This document shows positions 1 through 12,970 of a stretch of DNA of 64,000 nt, one piece after another. Source of the DNA: Patellaria atrata CBS 101060 (lineage: Eukaryota). The notes below the pieces were generated by a model, which saw nothing but the letters and a program-made list of their open reading frames with translations, had not been told where the DNA came from and did no database searches. The translations under genes and the position numbers were made by a program. Position 1 is the first letter of the stretch. The number at the start of each line of letters is the position of its first letter. The stretch covers positions 1,302,001 to 1,366,000 of the forward strand of contig MU006091.1 in assembly GCA_010093705.1 (NCBI GenBank), in the 5' to 3' direction.

Positions 1-170
1 TGAGATATTGAATGATTCAGTCCATGGCTGATTCATATTCATATTCAGTAGCTAAGAGAAGCTATTTTACACGTTGTAGCCGCATATCCCAACTCATCAT
101 CACCTCTATGCCTTTCCAGTACCTTTATCAGAATATCATAAACGCATAATGTTAGAGGAAATGAAACAAA

Positions 171-2202
171 TCATTCATACTCCGTCCTGGTCTTTCCCCG
201 CTTCTTGCTCCCCTTGAAGTGCTTCTTGCTACTCGTCTTTAAATCCGCAGGGTTAATATCGTTTTCGAGCGCCACCACAGTCTTCAACTTTCGCCCTGAT
301 AACTGCTTTCCTGTAGAACTACCCACATGCTGATATGGTGTAGTCAGATGTCCGCTATTGCCTTGACCGGAAGCAAAGAATCTCTTGTCTAGCCTGTTAG
401 TCTTCTCGCCCTGAACTGGGAACGACACGATATCCGTCTCAGTCATCAATGACGGCGCTTCGGAGCCGGTCACCGACTCTTCATAATTCGTGGAAAGAGC
501 TGCTCTCCGCTTCTGCGGTAAGTGTGCCTCGTCGTAAAGCTCGCGGTTGAAGTATTTAGGGTCTACCGGCGGATCTACCGGCGGGGGATGGCAATATAGC
601 AGCTTCCCTTTCACAAAGTCCTTAAGAACAAATCGTGCTGCTCTTGATTCATCAGGTTGCCCTAGTCCTTGCGTTGAAAAGCCGCGTGCTTTGGCATACG
701 CCCTTAAAAGCTCTTCCGCGGTTGGTATGCCGGTACCACCTTCTTCTAGAGGCCGAATATGAATCTTCATGCCGTATATCGCTTCCAAGAATGTTTGCGG
801 AATCCGTTGTGCCACAAGTGCCGCAGGGCCGGTGAATTCGCGCAGTTGGTCGATTGGAAGGACACCACTACAGACAAGCTCAGCTTTGGTTGTTGCGAAG
901 TTGGGGAAGACAAGACCTGGACAGTCACAGAGAATGACCTGATCGCTGAGGTGAATAGTTTGGAAGTGTTTTGTTTTCCCTGGTGTCGCCGAGACTGACA
1001 CCTTCTTTGCACCGATGAGAGCGTTGATAGTAGATGACTTTCCGACATTAGGATATCCTACGAGACCGATTTGAGTCTTTCGCGGAGGTAGATCAGGTCC
1101 TGTATCTACTACTTCTGGGGCGTGTTCTAGGAATAGTGCTTCCAACTCGTTCGTAGTCAATATTCTTGTTCGCTCCTCGTTGGATAATGGAGCTCCACCA
1201 TCTCTACCCTCAAGATCAAGCTCCTCTTCGCTAGCCCACTCCTCATCTTCATCTTTTTGATCTTGGAGATCTATCTTCTTCGCCTCTTGCGCTAGGTAGT
1301 CCCCATCTGCGGCTATTTCTTCCTCTATATCGTCATCCATATAGTCCTCTTCATCAGTCAACCCCCTAGCCTCGTTCATCTCTTTGGCCAGCTCAGCAGA
1401 GAAAAATTTGAAGCTGATACCTGCATTGACAAAGTAATCTGCCCATGCTTGTCTCTGCTCCAAAGTCATCATATCCGCCTTGTTGACTAGGAGTAAGTTG
1501 TTCTTTCTCGGATCTACTTCCTTGACATAGCGTTCTAAATCCTCCGATCGGAAGAGTAGGGGATTCCTTGCATCCACAATCTGTACGACAAGGTCTGACC
1601 GTTCTATCACTCGCCACAGTTGTCTCCAGACCTCCAGATTCCGCTCAAAAGGTGTCATAAGCAGATCATTCGTTTCTTGTAACTCTGCTAACCCTCTTCT
1701 CCAATCTAGCAATGACTGCCTCTCCCTTTCATCTAACTCCCGTGGTGTGGTATTCTCGTCCCATTTGGGTCTCCGCGGCACCGTCAACCGTTGCTTGTTC
1801 TCCTTTTGCTTCTTAATCGCAGCCCTCTCCTCAGCGGCAGAAAGAAGATACGGGTTCTTCTGATCTCTGTGTATGATTTTAACACTATTGATTTTCTCTG
1901 CCGTGAAATCCGTGCCTGCTAATTCCGCCGTGCTCAGAAACTCATCAAGTGCGGCTTGTTCGGTGACACTGCGCATTTTGACCCATGATGCTTCTTTCTT
2001 GTTATTTGTAACATACTATAGCATATTTTAGTATCATATATCAATAGAACCGCACGCAACCTACTCGTTCGCCATCTTCACCGGTCCTCACGATCCCTTG
2101 CTGATTGCCTCTCCGCATATCAGCACCCTTTCCCTTCCCGAACCGGTCGTTCATCAGGCTGTTTCCTAGCCCTACGGCATTCTTAGACTTTGCGAGCACC
2201 AT
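171..2202 (-). CDS. LSG1: Large-subunit GTPase 1 (circularly permuted GTPase, 60S maturation/Nmd3 release); 2 exons
   Basis: Motifs in permuted G4-G1 order: TPFERNLEVWRQLWRVIERSD, IVDARNPL, NKAD, GYPNVGKSS, TPGKTKHFQT, DCPGL. Exon 1 (MVLAKSKNAVGLGNSLMNDRFGKGK) starts at ATG 2202, with a GTAGGT..TAG intron at about 2018-2064. Confidence 0.95.
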
Positions 2203-2431
2203 GTTAATGTTATTTCTTCAAAATTGAACTTATGATGTTGTTGTATGAAGTTCCGCACGATTTCATGCGGAGTTGAAGTTCGGCTTTGAACGTCATTCAA
2301 AAGTTCATCCCAATTCAAAAATATAATTTTGAACGTCTCACTGGTTTTGTCAGCAACAAATTCTCCAGACTTCTACTCCGAATTTTAATTTGATTTATAC
2401 TCTCGAGTAGAGGGTAACGGAACCTAGTATC
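2203..2431. promoter_or_regulatory. Compact bidirectional promoter shared by LSG1 and LTV1
   Basis: Only 229 bp separate the divergent ATGs. The region is AT-rich, with TTTGAACGTC twice (2285, 2328) and an inverted repeat TTCAAAA-ATATAA-TTTTGAA (2314-2333). Confidence 0.6.
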
Positions 2432-3915
2432 ATGCCTCGCAGGAAGTTTATGTAAATCCCTACTTTCTCACATCCTCTCGTCCCATACGAACTAATCCCA
2501 CCAGCGACAAAAAAACCGCCACAACCTTCGCCCTCGTCCACCGCGCCCAAAATGATCCTCGCATTCACGACGAAACTGCGCCCGATCGTATCTTCACTGA
2601 GATCTCTAGGCCCAATGTGTCCCAACAGCCTTCCTATCCCTCGTCCTCGAGCGCATCGTTCGCCTCAACACGCAAGAAGGTCAAATCCCGCGGCGACCTC
2701 GACGACGAGTTCGGGCTAAGCGTACGCCCCAATGAAGGTGAAGCAGCGAATTATGGTATCTTCTACGACGACAGCGAGTACGACTACATGCAGCATATGC
2801 GCGACCTGGGACAATCCGGTGAGGCGTACTTCGTAGAGGCGCCGCAGAAGGGGAAAGGGAAGAAGAAGCAGGGTGATCTGGCGGATATGCTGCGGGATGC
2901 TGGTATACAAGATGACCTGAAGAGCGAAGGTGGAATCTCGTTATCGTCCGTCTCGAGTACCGCACAGAGCATGTTCTCGGAGGATATGTTGCCCTCAGAA
3001 TTTGTGCGACCGACGAGCTATCAAGACCAGCAAGACTTTCCAGACACAATTGCGGGCTTTCAACCAGACATGGACCCTCGACTACGAGAGGTTCTCAAAG
3101 CGCTTGAGGATGAAGCATATGTTGACGACGAAGACGACGTCTTTGAAGAGCTGGCCCGCGAGGGGCGCGAGATCCCACAAGATGAGTGGGAAGACCGATA
3201 CTTTGACGAACAAGACCAAGATGAGGACGGCTGGGAATCCGACGACACCATCACTCCTCGTAAATCTCAAAGATCACCCCGCTCCTCCTCTCCCTCCCTC
3301 CCCATCGGATCCAACGGCGCGCCCCTCTCCCCACCCCACTCGCCCTCCCTCCCTCCATCCGACCCTCTCGCCGCCCCTCCTGCTCCCGCCTCTTCATCCA
3401 ACGACTGGTTAGCTGAATACATCAAATTCAAAGCGGCGACCGGAAAAAGCAAACTCACGCCCTCAGCCCTCCCCTCCGATCTCGAATCCTCCCTCACGAA
3501 CTCGCGCAAAAAGAAGCGCAAGGGCGCACTCACCTCCACCTCAAATTACAGTATGACCTCCTCCTCGCTTCTGCGGACCTCGCACCTCTCGCTCCTGGAC
3601 GCGCGCTTCGACAAGATCGAGGAACTGTATTTGGACGACGAGGCTCGTGACTCTGCTTCCCAGTTCGACGATACCGCGTCCCTAGCGTCGGGGATGTCGG
3701 GGTTGAGTAGGATGAGTGGGTTGTCTAGGGCGAGTGGAGTTAGTGTAAGTGACGGCCCCGTGAGAGCGGACTTCGACTCGATTATGGATGAGTTTTTGGG
3801 CGGGCACACGACGACGGGGAAGACGAAGCACAGGGTTAAAAGGGGAGGTCAGAGTGGGATGGAGCAGTTGGAGGAGGTGAGGAAGGGATTGGGGGCTGCG
3901 AGGGTGAAGACTTAG
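2432..3915 (+). CDS. LTV1: Low temperature viability protein Ltv1 (pre-40S assembly/export factor); 2 exons
   Basis: Spliced N-terminus MPRRKFI/DKKTATTFALVHRAQNDPRIHD (intron about 2452-2503). Family motifs GEAANYGIFYDDSEYDYMQHMRDL, IAGFQPDMDPRLREVLKALEDEAY and YSMTSSSL. Confidence 0.92.
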
Positions 3916-4424
3916 GATTTGGAGGTAGGGAAGCTTTGTTTTATCTCGTCCGGAGTTGGATGTCTGTGTTTCTTGCATAGATCTGCTAGATGGGAAAAGG
4001 GAAATGGATTCCACTAACAACACTGAGCTTGCGTTTCTTATACTGCTGAATGTTTGTATGAGTTTATTACATAGTACAATAATCGACTCAGTCAAGATTA
4101 TATTTAGCCCCAGTAGTAAACGAGCGCCCGTAGTTCAAGTGATTAGACACATGAGGTTAAGCATTCGTATATTCCACGTCTAATGCTACCTGCGTTGTGA
4201 GATACCTGTAGTCTAGATTGCGCCCGCCGTCACCTGTACCCGATTGAGCTAGATATGTGCTCAAATACCACCCATATCCCTCAACCCCAGCTCTAGCACC
4301 GTAACGACAGACGTCTTCAAGCCTAGAAAGGTTAGAACAGATATCTCCTCCCGGGCGCTAACGGCAGACAAAATTCCCTCCACATGGTAACGACAGTATA
4401 TCCTTCCAGCAGGTAACGACAGGC

Positions 4425-5410
4425 TTACAAAGTCCCATCCCACACAGTGAGGTCCACCCCATGTAACCTTTCAAACCTTACACCCTCAAGCCAAAGTCCT
4501 ACGCTATCGGGCTCGCAAAACCTAGTCATAATGCGATAACTCCAGGCGAAATAGCTCTCCTTGACCCCGTCGTTGAAGGGGTAAACCCAGTTCCGCTGGT
4601 CAAGTTTGCGGTGGTAGTCATCTCTCATCTGTGATAACACATCAGCATAATCCATACCTCTCAAGGAGACCAAGGTTCTAAAAAAGGGGAAAGGGATGGG
4701 ATTACAAGTCTCCAAAGCTCAAGCTTCCTTTCCCAGTCCTCGTCCGTGTAGCTACCTAAACGTTCCAAGATCCCCTCCGGCACTATGTCGATCCCGTCGT
4801 TTATCTCTCGGAGCGTGGTACAGCGTCTCGGCAGACAGTTGTCGGCTTCTCCAAGACGTACGCAGCGGTGGCATGCTGGGCGCGCTTTGTTGCACGGGAG
4901 GTCTTTGACGAAGCACTGGAAACAAGGTCTGGGCTCGTGGGCGTCGTAGAACACGGAGTGTTTTGATTCTGGGAACACTGGCCTGTCGAAGCGAGTGTAG
5001 GTGATGAAAGGGTTTTCGTGATTTTTGGGCCACACATCTTTAGCGCTGTCAAGCTGGTTATCTTGAGGTTTGCTAGAGTTGTCATCTTGCGCGTTCTCAG
5101 GGGCCTTGATAGGATCCTCTCCTTTTGGGTTTTGAGGGATCCTGGAGGGGACTGATGGCACGGCCGATGTGGTAGGAGACACATGCTTTTCCAGGATGTC
5201 GACTTGAGACGTGTCCCAGACGTAATCATTAGACGTCAACACCGTAGAGATGGGAGAGACATTGACGTTCTCATCTGTACTGCGGTTTGTCGGACTTGGA
5301 GTGTTATGGCCGTTGTTGAAATCTGAAGTTGATGCCATGAGATTGGAGGCTTGAAGCAAAATTCTAGCTGAAGATGAGACAGTGACATTGTGGCTTCTGG
5401 ATTCGGACAT
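4425..5410 (-). CDS. Hypothetical protein with an internal Zn(II)2Cys6-like cluster; probably 2 exons
   Basis: CFQCFVKDLPCNKARPACHRCVRLGEADNC fits Cx2Cx6Cx6Cx2Cx8C. A probable intron (GTAATC..CTGAT..CAG, about 4630-4705) joins to MRDDYHRKLDQRNWVYP. Confidence 0.6.
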
Positions 5411-5950
5411 CTTGGGTCGTTGTTGGCGTATTGGGCAAGTGAGCTATGCGACCGATTTTGGAAGTAACGGCGCGAATATCGAATCGAAATGTGATTAGAA
5501 ATGCGAAAAATGCTGTGACGTTGTTAAGCTTTAAATTGCAGGGTGAAAGAGTTAAGTAAAGCATCGCGGCCTATTCTCGACGGCTGGGCGTTGGAGTGAC
5601 AATGGTAGAATTGGTCTATAGGATGGCTGAGGAATATGATTATGGAATCTGCTATACACACAGAACAAAATAAAATGGACAGTCCTATCATGTCCCAAGT
5701 GCAAGACAAACGTTACAAACCCTGCCCATGAGAAATGAGCACATGATCTCGTACCAATGTCCAAGTGACAAATAATGACGATGACGTATTCAATAGAGCA
5801 AGAGGCTCCAAGATGCAGTTCACAGTAAGTAGTATACAGGACCTGAACTGACAGCTGAGAATCACGTAAACAATACTAAACACTGGTGTAATTGTATCTG
5901 GGATGTCATATCCCTGCTCTTAAGGGGTATCTCCTCATCGACTTGAGCAA

Positions 5951-8900
5951 TCAAAGGACAAACCCACCAACTCCTACGCTATGCCACGGCCGAATGGGCT
6001 TTTTGTCTTCCAATTCAACACACCACCACAGAATCTCCTTAGCTTTCTCTATCTGACCCCCTTCTTCATATGCTCGAGCAAGCGTGAACCATGCTTCGGA
6101 GCGGTCCCATCCGCTTCCTAATTTTGTGAGAGACGAAAGGAGGCTAAACGCACGGTCTCTTGCCGCCAATCGATTGAGCTTTTTAGGAGAAACCGGGATA
6201 GATGTATGGGCCGCGTCCGAGGGTTCCTCAGAAGCAGATTCGGATGTGCCTGACGAACCGTCTTCTACCATCTTATGAGGCAAAGATGCGCGATGTAAAA
6301 GCTCACGACTTGTCGTTGATGCATCACCCACCTCAGGTGGGACTTTTTGCGAGTGTATATCTAAGAGAATGCTTGAATGTCTAACAACTGCAGTGGGGTG
6401 GTCTGGAAAATGGGACAGAGCTTTCTCGAAGTAGGAGAGCGCTGCATGGTGTGATTCCCGAGCAAGCGCCAGGTTTCCTCGCTACAATAAATTAGATCAT
6501 TATACATAGAATCATAGCTACTGGAACACATACCTCTGCCCATACATCCGCCCACAGTTCCTCTACACTTTTCCCACCACCCCATCCCCGGTCAGCAAAA
6601 GCAGCTATACTCGAAGAACCTTGAGCAACCTCGTGCTGAAAGCCCTCGACGAGCTTGAAAGCTTCATCAATAGCCGCTTTAGATTCTTCGAACATTACCG
6701 CTCGCATATATAAACCAGAAATGAATATCCAGATCTGAACGAGTAGAGATATACTATGCCGTCGCTCGTCAATGGAGGCGAATGGCGGGTCTGCCGTAGA
6801 TGAACTCGTACTAGGAAACGGTGCAGGCAAGCGAACGTCTTGTTTCGGAGGTTGTCTTGAGTGTCCAGTCGGTGGTAGATTTGCAGAGTGGTCCATGTTA
6901 TGATTGATGGACCGTAACGGTTGATCTGGACTCTCTACTGACTTTCTTTCTGTCTGAGTAACAGAACCTCGACGGGAAGTCTGCGAGTTAGGGGACGCAC
7001 TAGAAGCAGTATTTGGGTTAGGAGAAGCATTCGCAAAGTCGGTTTCGGTTATGCCGTCGTTCCGAGCCACAGGGTGACCTTCGCTGGCCCGATTTTTGAG
7101 GCTGCCAACACTCTTTTTCCGGAGTTTAACATTTTGACTTCTCGTTTGTGGACTATGATCGGGCGTCTTATGATGGAAGGGGAGATGGTGGTGATGATGA
7201 CCTGTCTGCTTATTGGTACTGTACCCAGTCTCATCTGTAACTTGAATGGTGGGCGCCATAGTTGTTTGTGTCATTGTCGTATCCGGTCTAGAAGTTAAAC
7301 TTTCTCGAGCAGTTGACGCTCGATCACTACGTATAGTGCTCCTATCCGAAGCACCTTTTACCGTCCTTGACCGCCCAAGGATACTACCTCTTATCGTCTG
7401 TGAAGCGGTTTTCGGTGGACTCAAGGGAATCTTAGAAACATCCGATCGTATCTGACCAACATGTGGCTCGCCAAAGAGCCTTGCGTACAGTGCTAGAAGT
7501 TCATCACTTGCATCTACAGCAGCAGATGCGCCCTCAAGGACTTCCGTGATCGCCATCTGTGTCATCTTGACTTGTACAATTCCTTCCTTTTCGAACGCCT
7601 GCATCTGATCTACAAGAGCTCTAGGACGTTGATCTAAGGACTTCTCACTCAATTCATTTAAATGATCACTTCTGTATTCATCCGATTGATTATCGGGACC
7701 AAAAAGGTGTGTAGGATCCCGAAATTGCTGGAAGGCGGCTTCGCAGGCTTTCTCTGCCGTTATGAATTCAGATCTTGAGGTTAGAAGCAACGCTAGAAGG
7801 TGCCAAAGTGCAATGAGTTTACGCTCCCGTGAATATGGAGACCCAGGGAAGTCCTGTGTGCTTTCTGACAGAGCTCCATCGGGAGAGAAAGAGAAACCGG
7901 TATCCGCCCTTGTGGCTAGAGCTTGCTTCACGATAATGATTGCTCCATTGATGTCCCTGGTCTCCGCAAGTACTAAACCTAAAGAGTACATCGTATTGAG
8001 GTTGTAAGGGTCCTCAAACTCAGGTCGTAGAGATCTTTGGAAGTTCAAAATCGCTTGCGATTGTAATCCCGCTCTAGATGCCGTCTCGTAAGTTACCCTG
8101 GCCCACTGAGCTTGGCTCATTCCTATAGCGTGATATGAAACTGCAAGGGCATGTGGTGAGACCGTCATCCCCTCTATTCGATTACTATCATCCGTTGTAG
8201 GAAGTTGGACGTGAGCTGAATTGGATTGCCGGGAACTGGGCCTATGCTGAGATATCCACTTCTCTATAATGTTAGCAATTTCCCTTGCTTTCTCAGCTTC
8301 TTTCCGAGATCCAAAGCGGCAAAGAATTCGAATGGCTTCAGCACCAGTACGGAGTATGGTATCGTCGTCATCTAAATCGACTTCTTCTTCTCCACTTTTT
8401 TCAATACGATCTTTAGCCCTTGCGACTATCTCAACATAGGCATCAAAAGCTTTCATTGCAAGCTCAAACTCCGCCAAAGACGCGTGTACGCTGAACAGAT
8501 GCCTCAAGATTTGAGATGAATGGAAAGTTTTGGTAGCTGCACGATAGAGGATCTATAAAGACCATTAAGCACACGTATATGCGAAGGGTAGGGTAGACAT
8601 ACGTCAAGAACTCCGTGGCCAACACCCGATTTACCACCTTCTCCCAACTCTTTGTCTGTCCAGGTAGGGCCACACATTACACGCCAATTAGCAATGACCG
8701 CCTCAACCCACTCCCGCACTTCATGATTGATTTGGTTCGCTTTCGGAAAGCGAGTCTCTTTCAACAGTAGGCTTTCGTACGTAGTCTCAACGCGCTTCAA
8801 CTCAGCCCGCTGTTGTAACCGTGCCGATGTCAGATCGCTATATTTCTCATTCTCGGCAGGCCAAGTTCCATCTTGCAAAGTAGGAGACTGGGAATATGAC

Positions 8901-9907
8901 ATCCCGTTTCTCAAGATCATGGAGAGGGTATCATAATAAGCTTTCCAAACCGAGCGCCGAGCTTTCGAAGTCTCTGCAGACTCTGTGGTTATCAAATTAT
9001 TGGGGTGTCCTGGTTTTGGTTGCCATAACCTCGCCCAAACTCTGAATGGTGTGGTGATTTTATGCGAATCGGTGAAAGACTGTTGCCTCGTCGTCCTCTC
9101 GGTTAACAGACAGAGATGTGTAAGGAGTTGCTCAACCCAAAATAAGAGCTGGGGGGTACCCGAATTCAGTGGCTGTAGTGTCTCTAAAAAGGGCAAAACG
9201 GAAGTGTATGTTTGAATAGCCTCCTGCTCCGTTGATATCTTCTCTTGCGACATTCCTAGAAGCCATCACATGTTAGTAACCAATAAATTCATGGACTGAG
9301 GCCACCACCTTTGAGGCATGCGCCTTTAACGACGCAGACTTTTGTCCATTCGGAATTCTGTTTCTCGTGGTTCGCAAGTATCATGATCATTGATTCGAAA
9401 TCTTTAGGTAAAGTTGAAACAGCTAGCCTGGGCTCTCCCAGAGCCCAATGTATCCAGCCAATGCACACCATCCCTTGAAAGGCATCCAAGGGGTACTGAG
9501 TCTCTTGTTCAATGGCTGTAAACAATAGTGGTATGCGCTGAGCGAGGTCGGAATTAGACGATGGGTGTACAGTCGTAGACACTTCTTGGCTTTGATGTGA
9601 AGCTACATTGGTCTCAGAGCGAGCTGTAAGAGCAAGGCCTAAGGAGCGCTAGTTGGCTACGGTTGCAATATATCGTTGGAGAACAGCTGCTTACACTTTC
9701 GGTGCGGGGCATGCTTCTCAATCTTTCGCGCCAATTCAGGAACCTCTGACCAGCGGGCATTGCAGCGTACATCGTCTAAGAGCGAGAGATATCGCGTGGC
9801 CTTCTCGTTTTCTCGTTGCTATTCAAGGTTATTAGGTATGGAAGTGGAAAGATTTTGAAAAGTTGTACTCAAGACGATATGTAGACTCTGCGACTTACGG
9901 CACTCAT
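5951..9907 (-). CDS. YPP1: Ypp1/Rhf1-like TPR scaffold (PI4K Stt4 complex, TTC7 family); multi-exon
   Basis: N-terminal exon QRENEKATRYLSLLDDVRCNARWSEVPELARKIEKHAP; internal ILRHLFSVHASLAEFELAMKAFDAY; C-terminus LAARDRAFSLLSSLTKLGSGWDRSEAWFTLARAYEEGGQIEKAKEILWWCVELED. The ORF pieces are joined by GT-AG introns. Confidence 0.85.
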
Positions 9908-10175
9908 TTTTTGAAAGGGATACCCTTTATCTAGGCCTTAGAAGTGAGAACCAAACGATTGGCATACTGTATGCTCTCAATTTATGGTAGAAGTATAAGG
10001 TATAATTAACCTTTCAGGACCGCTGCGAAGTGAGGCAGGGACCCCTTGGACGCCTTGAAGCTTGAAATAGAACTCACCACTCCGAATTTTACCCGACAGC
10101 TATGAATTTCTCTTCCATTATTTCTACTATGCCTTGCGACCAATATTCCCCGTCTCCGGGCTTCCCTGAGTCGTC

Positions 10176-12611
10176 ATGACGTCCGAGGGATACAGGTCGG
10201 CCTCTGCAGCTTTACGAAGTCTGACCTTTCGGATATCGTCAGTTCCTATCGAACGACTCCCATCGCTCGTCCCTTACCTATGCGCGACTCTGACGTCCTG
10301 CAGAGCAGTACTATCTTCGCCCCAGACTGCCCAGCTATCAGGATCCAAAGAATCCTTGGAAACGGCCGTTACCATACACAAGTTCAAGACTCAGGTATCC
10401 TCCCTACTACAGGATCGAACTGTAGATGGACGATGGGTGGCTGTTGTTTTAGTCAAATGTACCGTTGAATTAGGTGGATGGGAAGTTCTTCAGGACTGTG
10501 GTTCTTGGGTTCGCAGCCTCTTAAACATTTTATCGAAGCATGGTCCACCCTCGACCAAGAAGTTATGCATTATTACCTTGACAAGAATATTCGTTCTGAC
10601 GCGTGATTATCCCACTCTGACCCGAGAGATCACCACACCATCTCTCCCCGCTTATATCGCATCATGTCTGAACAATTTAAGCCCTTCAGCTAAACAGAGT
10701 CCAACAAATGGGAAATTGCTAGATGCAGTTCTTGAATGCTTCAACTGTTTAATTCCACGTCATCCTACGATTTTCCGAACGTATGTAGGACAGATCCGGA
10801 GTATCATATCGTCGTATATCGCTCCTACTCCATCCAATGCTCTCAATAAAGGCCATACATTCCCAGATCACCAGAATCAGTACGCCTCTCGATCTACTCG
10901 ACATCACGCCCAACGTGTATGGGTTCAACTGCATCATTGCGCGCCAAAGTCTGCTTCCGCAGTGGACTGGGAGGAAGCCTTAAAGACCACGATTCAATCC
11001 ATCCACTCCACAGCAGACCAGATTTTTAGAGCAGTAATTGAGGATTGGGAGTCTGTTGCTAGCGTGGTATCCACCATCCAGTCAGGTCAGACTCGAGATC
11101 ATATCCCGAGCGAAACAGACACAAATCCTATAGGTTTGCCTTCCTGGTCTGGAATTTGGGCAGGAGCAGAGAGGATTAGCGGACTCATAGAACTCTTAAG
11201 GGAGTTTATAATAACGTCGAACTCGCCTTCGATAATCCTACGAGTCGGATTGATCATGGATCTATTCAACCGAATATTCTCACTGACAGTCCCTCAAGGC
11301 CGCAGCTCCGATCAGTTACAAGTTTCTGTTCGCCTGAATACTCAAATTGAGAAAGATGAGCGTGAGAGTATGTGGCTAATCCTACCAGGCATTCATACAG
11401 TCACCGTTAAAGTTGTATCTGCCTTAATTGAGCGAATGGAGATATCATTGCTACCACTAGCTCAGATACTTCTGGATCAGCTTATCTGGGTGTTCGATGC
11501 AGAAGAGCAAGATGCAGATTTACGCTCTTCCATCTATCATGCCACTAGTCAACTACTAAATCTAATAGGTCCATGTTTAAGTAAAGAAACTGTTACCTCC
11601 TTGCGGACTATTATTCGTGCTTGCTGCAGAGATCTGGATGTAGAGATTCAACAGGCCGATCAAAAACAAACTTCTAATGCCCAGGAAAAAGGATTTGGAT
11701 CAAAGGCATCTACGAATGCCGACGCATTCCTCCCAAACATTAACCCGACGACGCCCCGTCCTGCTATCAACAATACAACACTCCGGGCCTCCGCAGAACG
11801 CCTACTTCCCGTACTGCTTTCCAAACTCCCAACTACTTATGTAACAGTGCCATTGAGGTCTCAAATGGACCGTATCGCTGTAATGTCCCAGCACAAAGAT
11901 GCCATGGTAGCGAGCGTACTGAAACCCCCAAAGAAAGTCGGTCATGGAGGTCAAAGTATACTACCACTGCTCGCTAGAAGCTTCCCCGAAAGTTCCGAAG
12001 TGGAAGCCATACTCAGACCCAGATTCCCTCCCATTCGCGTAGCCTTTGATACTAATGATGGGAGTCTCGAGGAAGAGGACCAAGAAGATAAAAAAATGGA
12101 TGATGTTGAGCAAATATCGGAAGCTGTTAATGACCGGGTGGATACACTCGCGGAACATAGGATCAATCAGGCAAATGCAGATATTAAGCCCATGCCACCT
12201 TACACTCCAGGACCTTCTATAAATGAACCAGTAAATACCTCTCACGTTGAGAACCCGGCCTCGGAAAATGTCAGCAACACCAATGGATCGATCTTGCCAA
12301 AAAGCTCTCCTGTACCCTCCGAAACACTCTGGCCGAAGCGCCCTAGCATGGCAAATGAGTCCCTACCAGAGAACAACTCATCTGTACCAGCGCCTCCTGC
12401 GGCATCCACAGAACCAACTACGAATCTTCCTTCTTTTCCTTCTAACGATTCTAGCTCTGCGGCGCGTGAAAAAATGGTATCTCCTCGAGCTAGGTCTTCA
12501 CAGCAGGTAGAATTTTCAAATCTTGAAGGGCCGGAAGGGGATTCGGAGGAGGAGGATGAAGTCCCGGCGCTGGTCTTAGGGTCGGATAGTGACGATGACA
12601 GCGATGAATGA
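10176..12611 (+). CDS. RIX1: Pre-rRNA processing protein Rix1 (PELP1 family); single exon
   Basis: RIX1 N-domain features HKFKTQVSSLLQDRTVDGRWVAVVLVK, GGWEVL, LTRIF, PTLTREITTPSLP and HPTIFR, followed by a low-complexity acidic tail. Confidence 0.85.
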   Translation: MTSEGYRSASAALRSLTFRISSVPIERLPSLVPYLCATLTSCRAVLSSPQTAQLSGSKESLETAVTIHKFKTQVSSLLQDRTVDGRWVAVVLVKCTVELGGWEVLQDCGSWVRSLLNILSKHGPPSTKKLCIITLTRIFVLTRDYPTLTREITTPSLPAYIASCLNNLSPSAKQSPTNGKLLDAVLECFNCLIPRHPTIFRTYVGQIRSIISSYIAPTPSNALNKGHTFPDHQNQYASRSTRHHAQRVWVQLHHCAPKSASAVDWEEALKTTIQSIHSTADQIFRAVIEDWESVASVVSTIQSGQTRDHIPSETDTNPIGLPSWSGIWAGAERISGLIELLREFIITSNSPSIILRVGLIMDLFNRIFSLTVPQGRSSDQLQVSVRLNTQIEKDERESMWLILPGIHTVTVKVVSALIERMEISLLPLAQILLDQLIWVFDAEEQDADLRSSIYHATSQLLNLIGPCLSKETVTSLRTIIRACCRDLDVEIQQADQKQTSNAQEKGFGSKASTNADAFLPNINPTTPRPAINNTTLRASAERLLPVLLSKLPTTYVTVPLRSQMDRIAVMSQHKDAMVASVLKPPKKVGHGGQSILPLLARSFPESSEVEAILRPRFPPIRVAFDTNDGSLEEEDQEDKKMDDVEQISEAVNDRVDTLAEHRINQANADIKPMPPYTPGPSINEPVNTSHVENPASENVSNTNGSILPKSSPVPSETLWPKRPSMANESLPENNSSVPAPPAASTEPTTNLPSFPSNDSSSAAREKMVSPRARSSQQVEFSNLEGPEGDSEEEDEVPALVLGSDSDDDSDE

Positions 12612-12970
12612 GCCCGTTGTAAGAAAAATGGTTTATGTGTGAATTAATGACGATCCAAAATAAGTTCCAGGATTCATCGGAAGTTCGGGAAATGGGAACT
12701 ACTCATTTAGGTTCTCATTTGACCTTGGTTTAACTCAAACGCATTGCGTATTCATCTGTTAGAACGTAGACAAAAGATTATATACCCAATTAAATAGTTA
12801 ATTCCCATCTCGTGTTTTGCGGGTATTGCTATATCCGGCTAGTAGCGCTTAATTGCCGCCAGACAACCGCCGGATCATCGTTTCGCGCAGCCGAGAATCC
12901 CAATCCCACAATATCGCAATATCGAAGTCCGTCAGGTGGAAATTCTGGAACAGTACATTCGTTCACAGTC

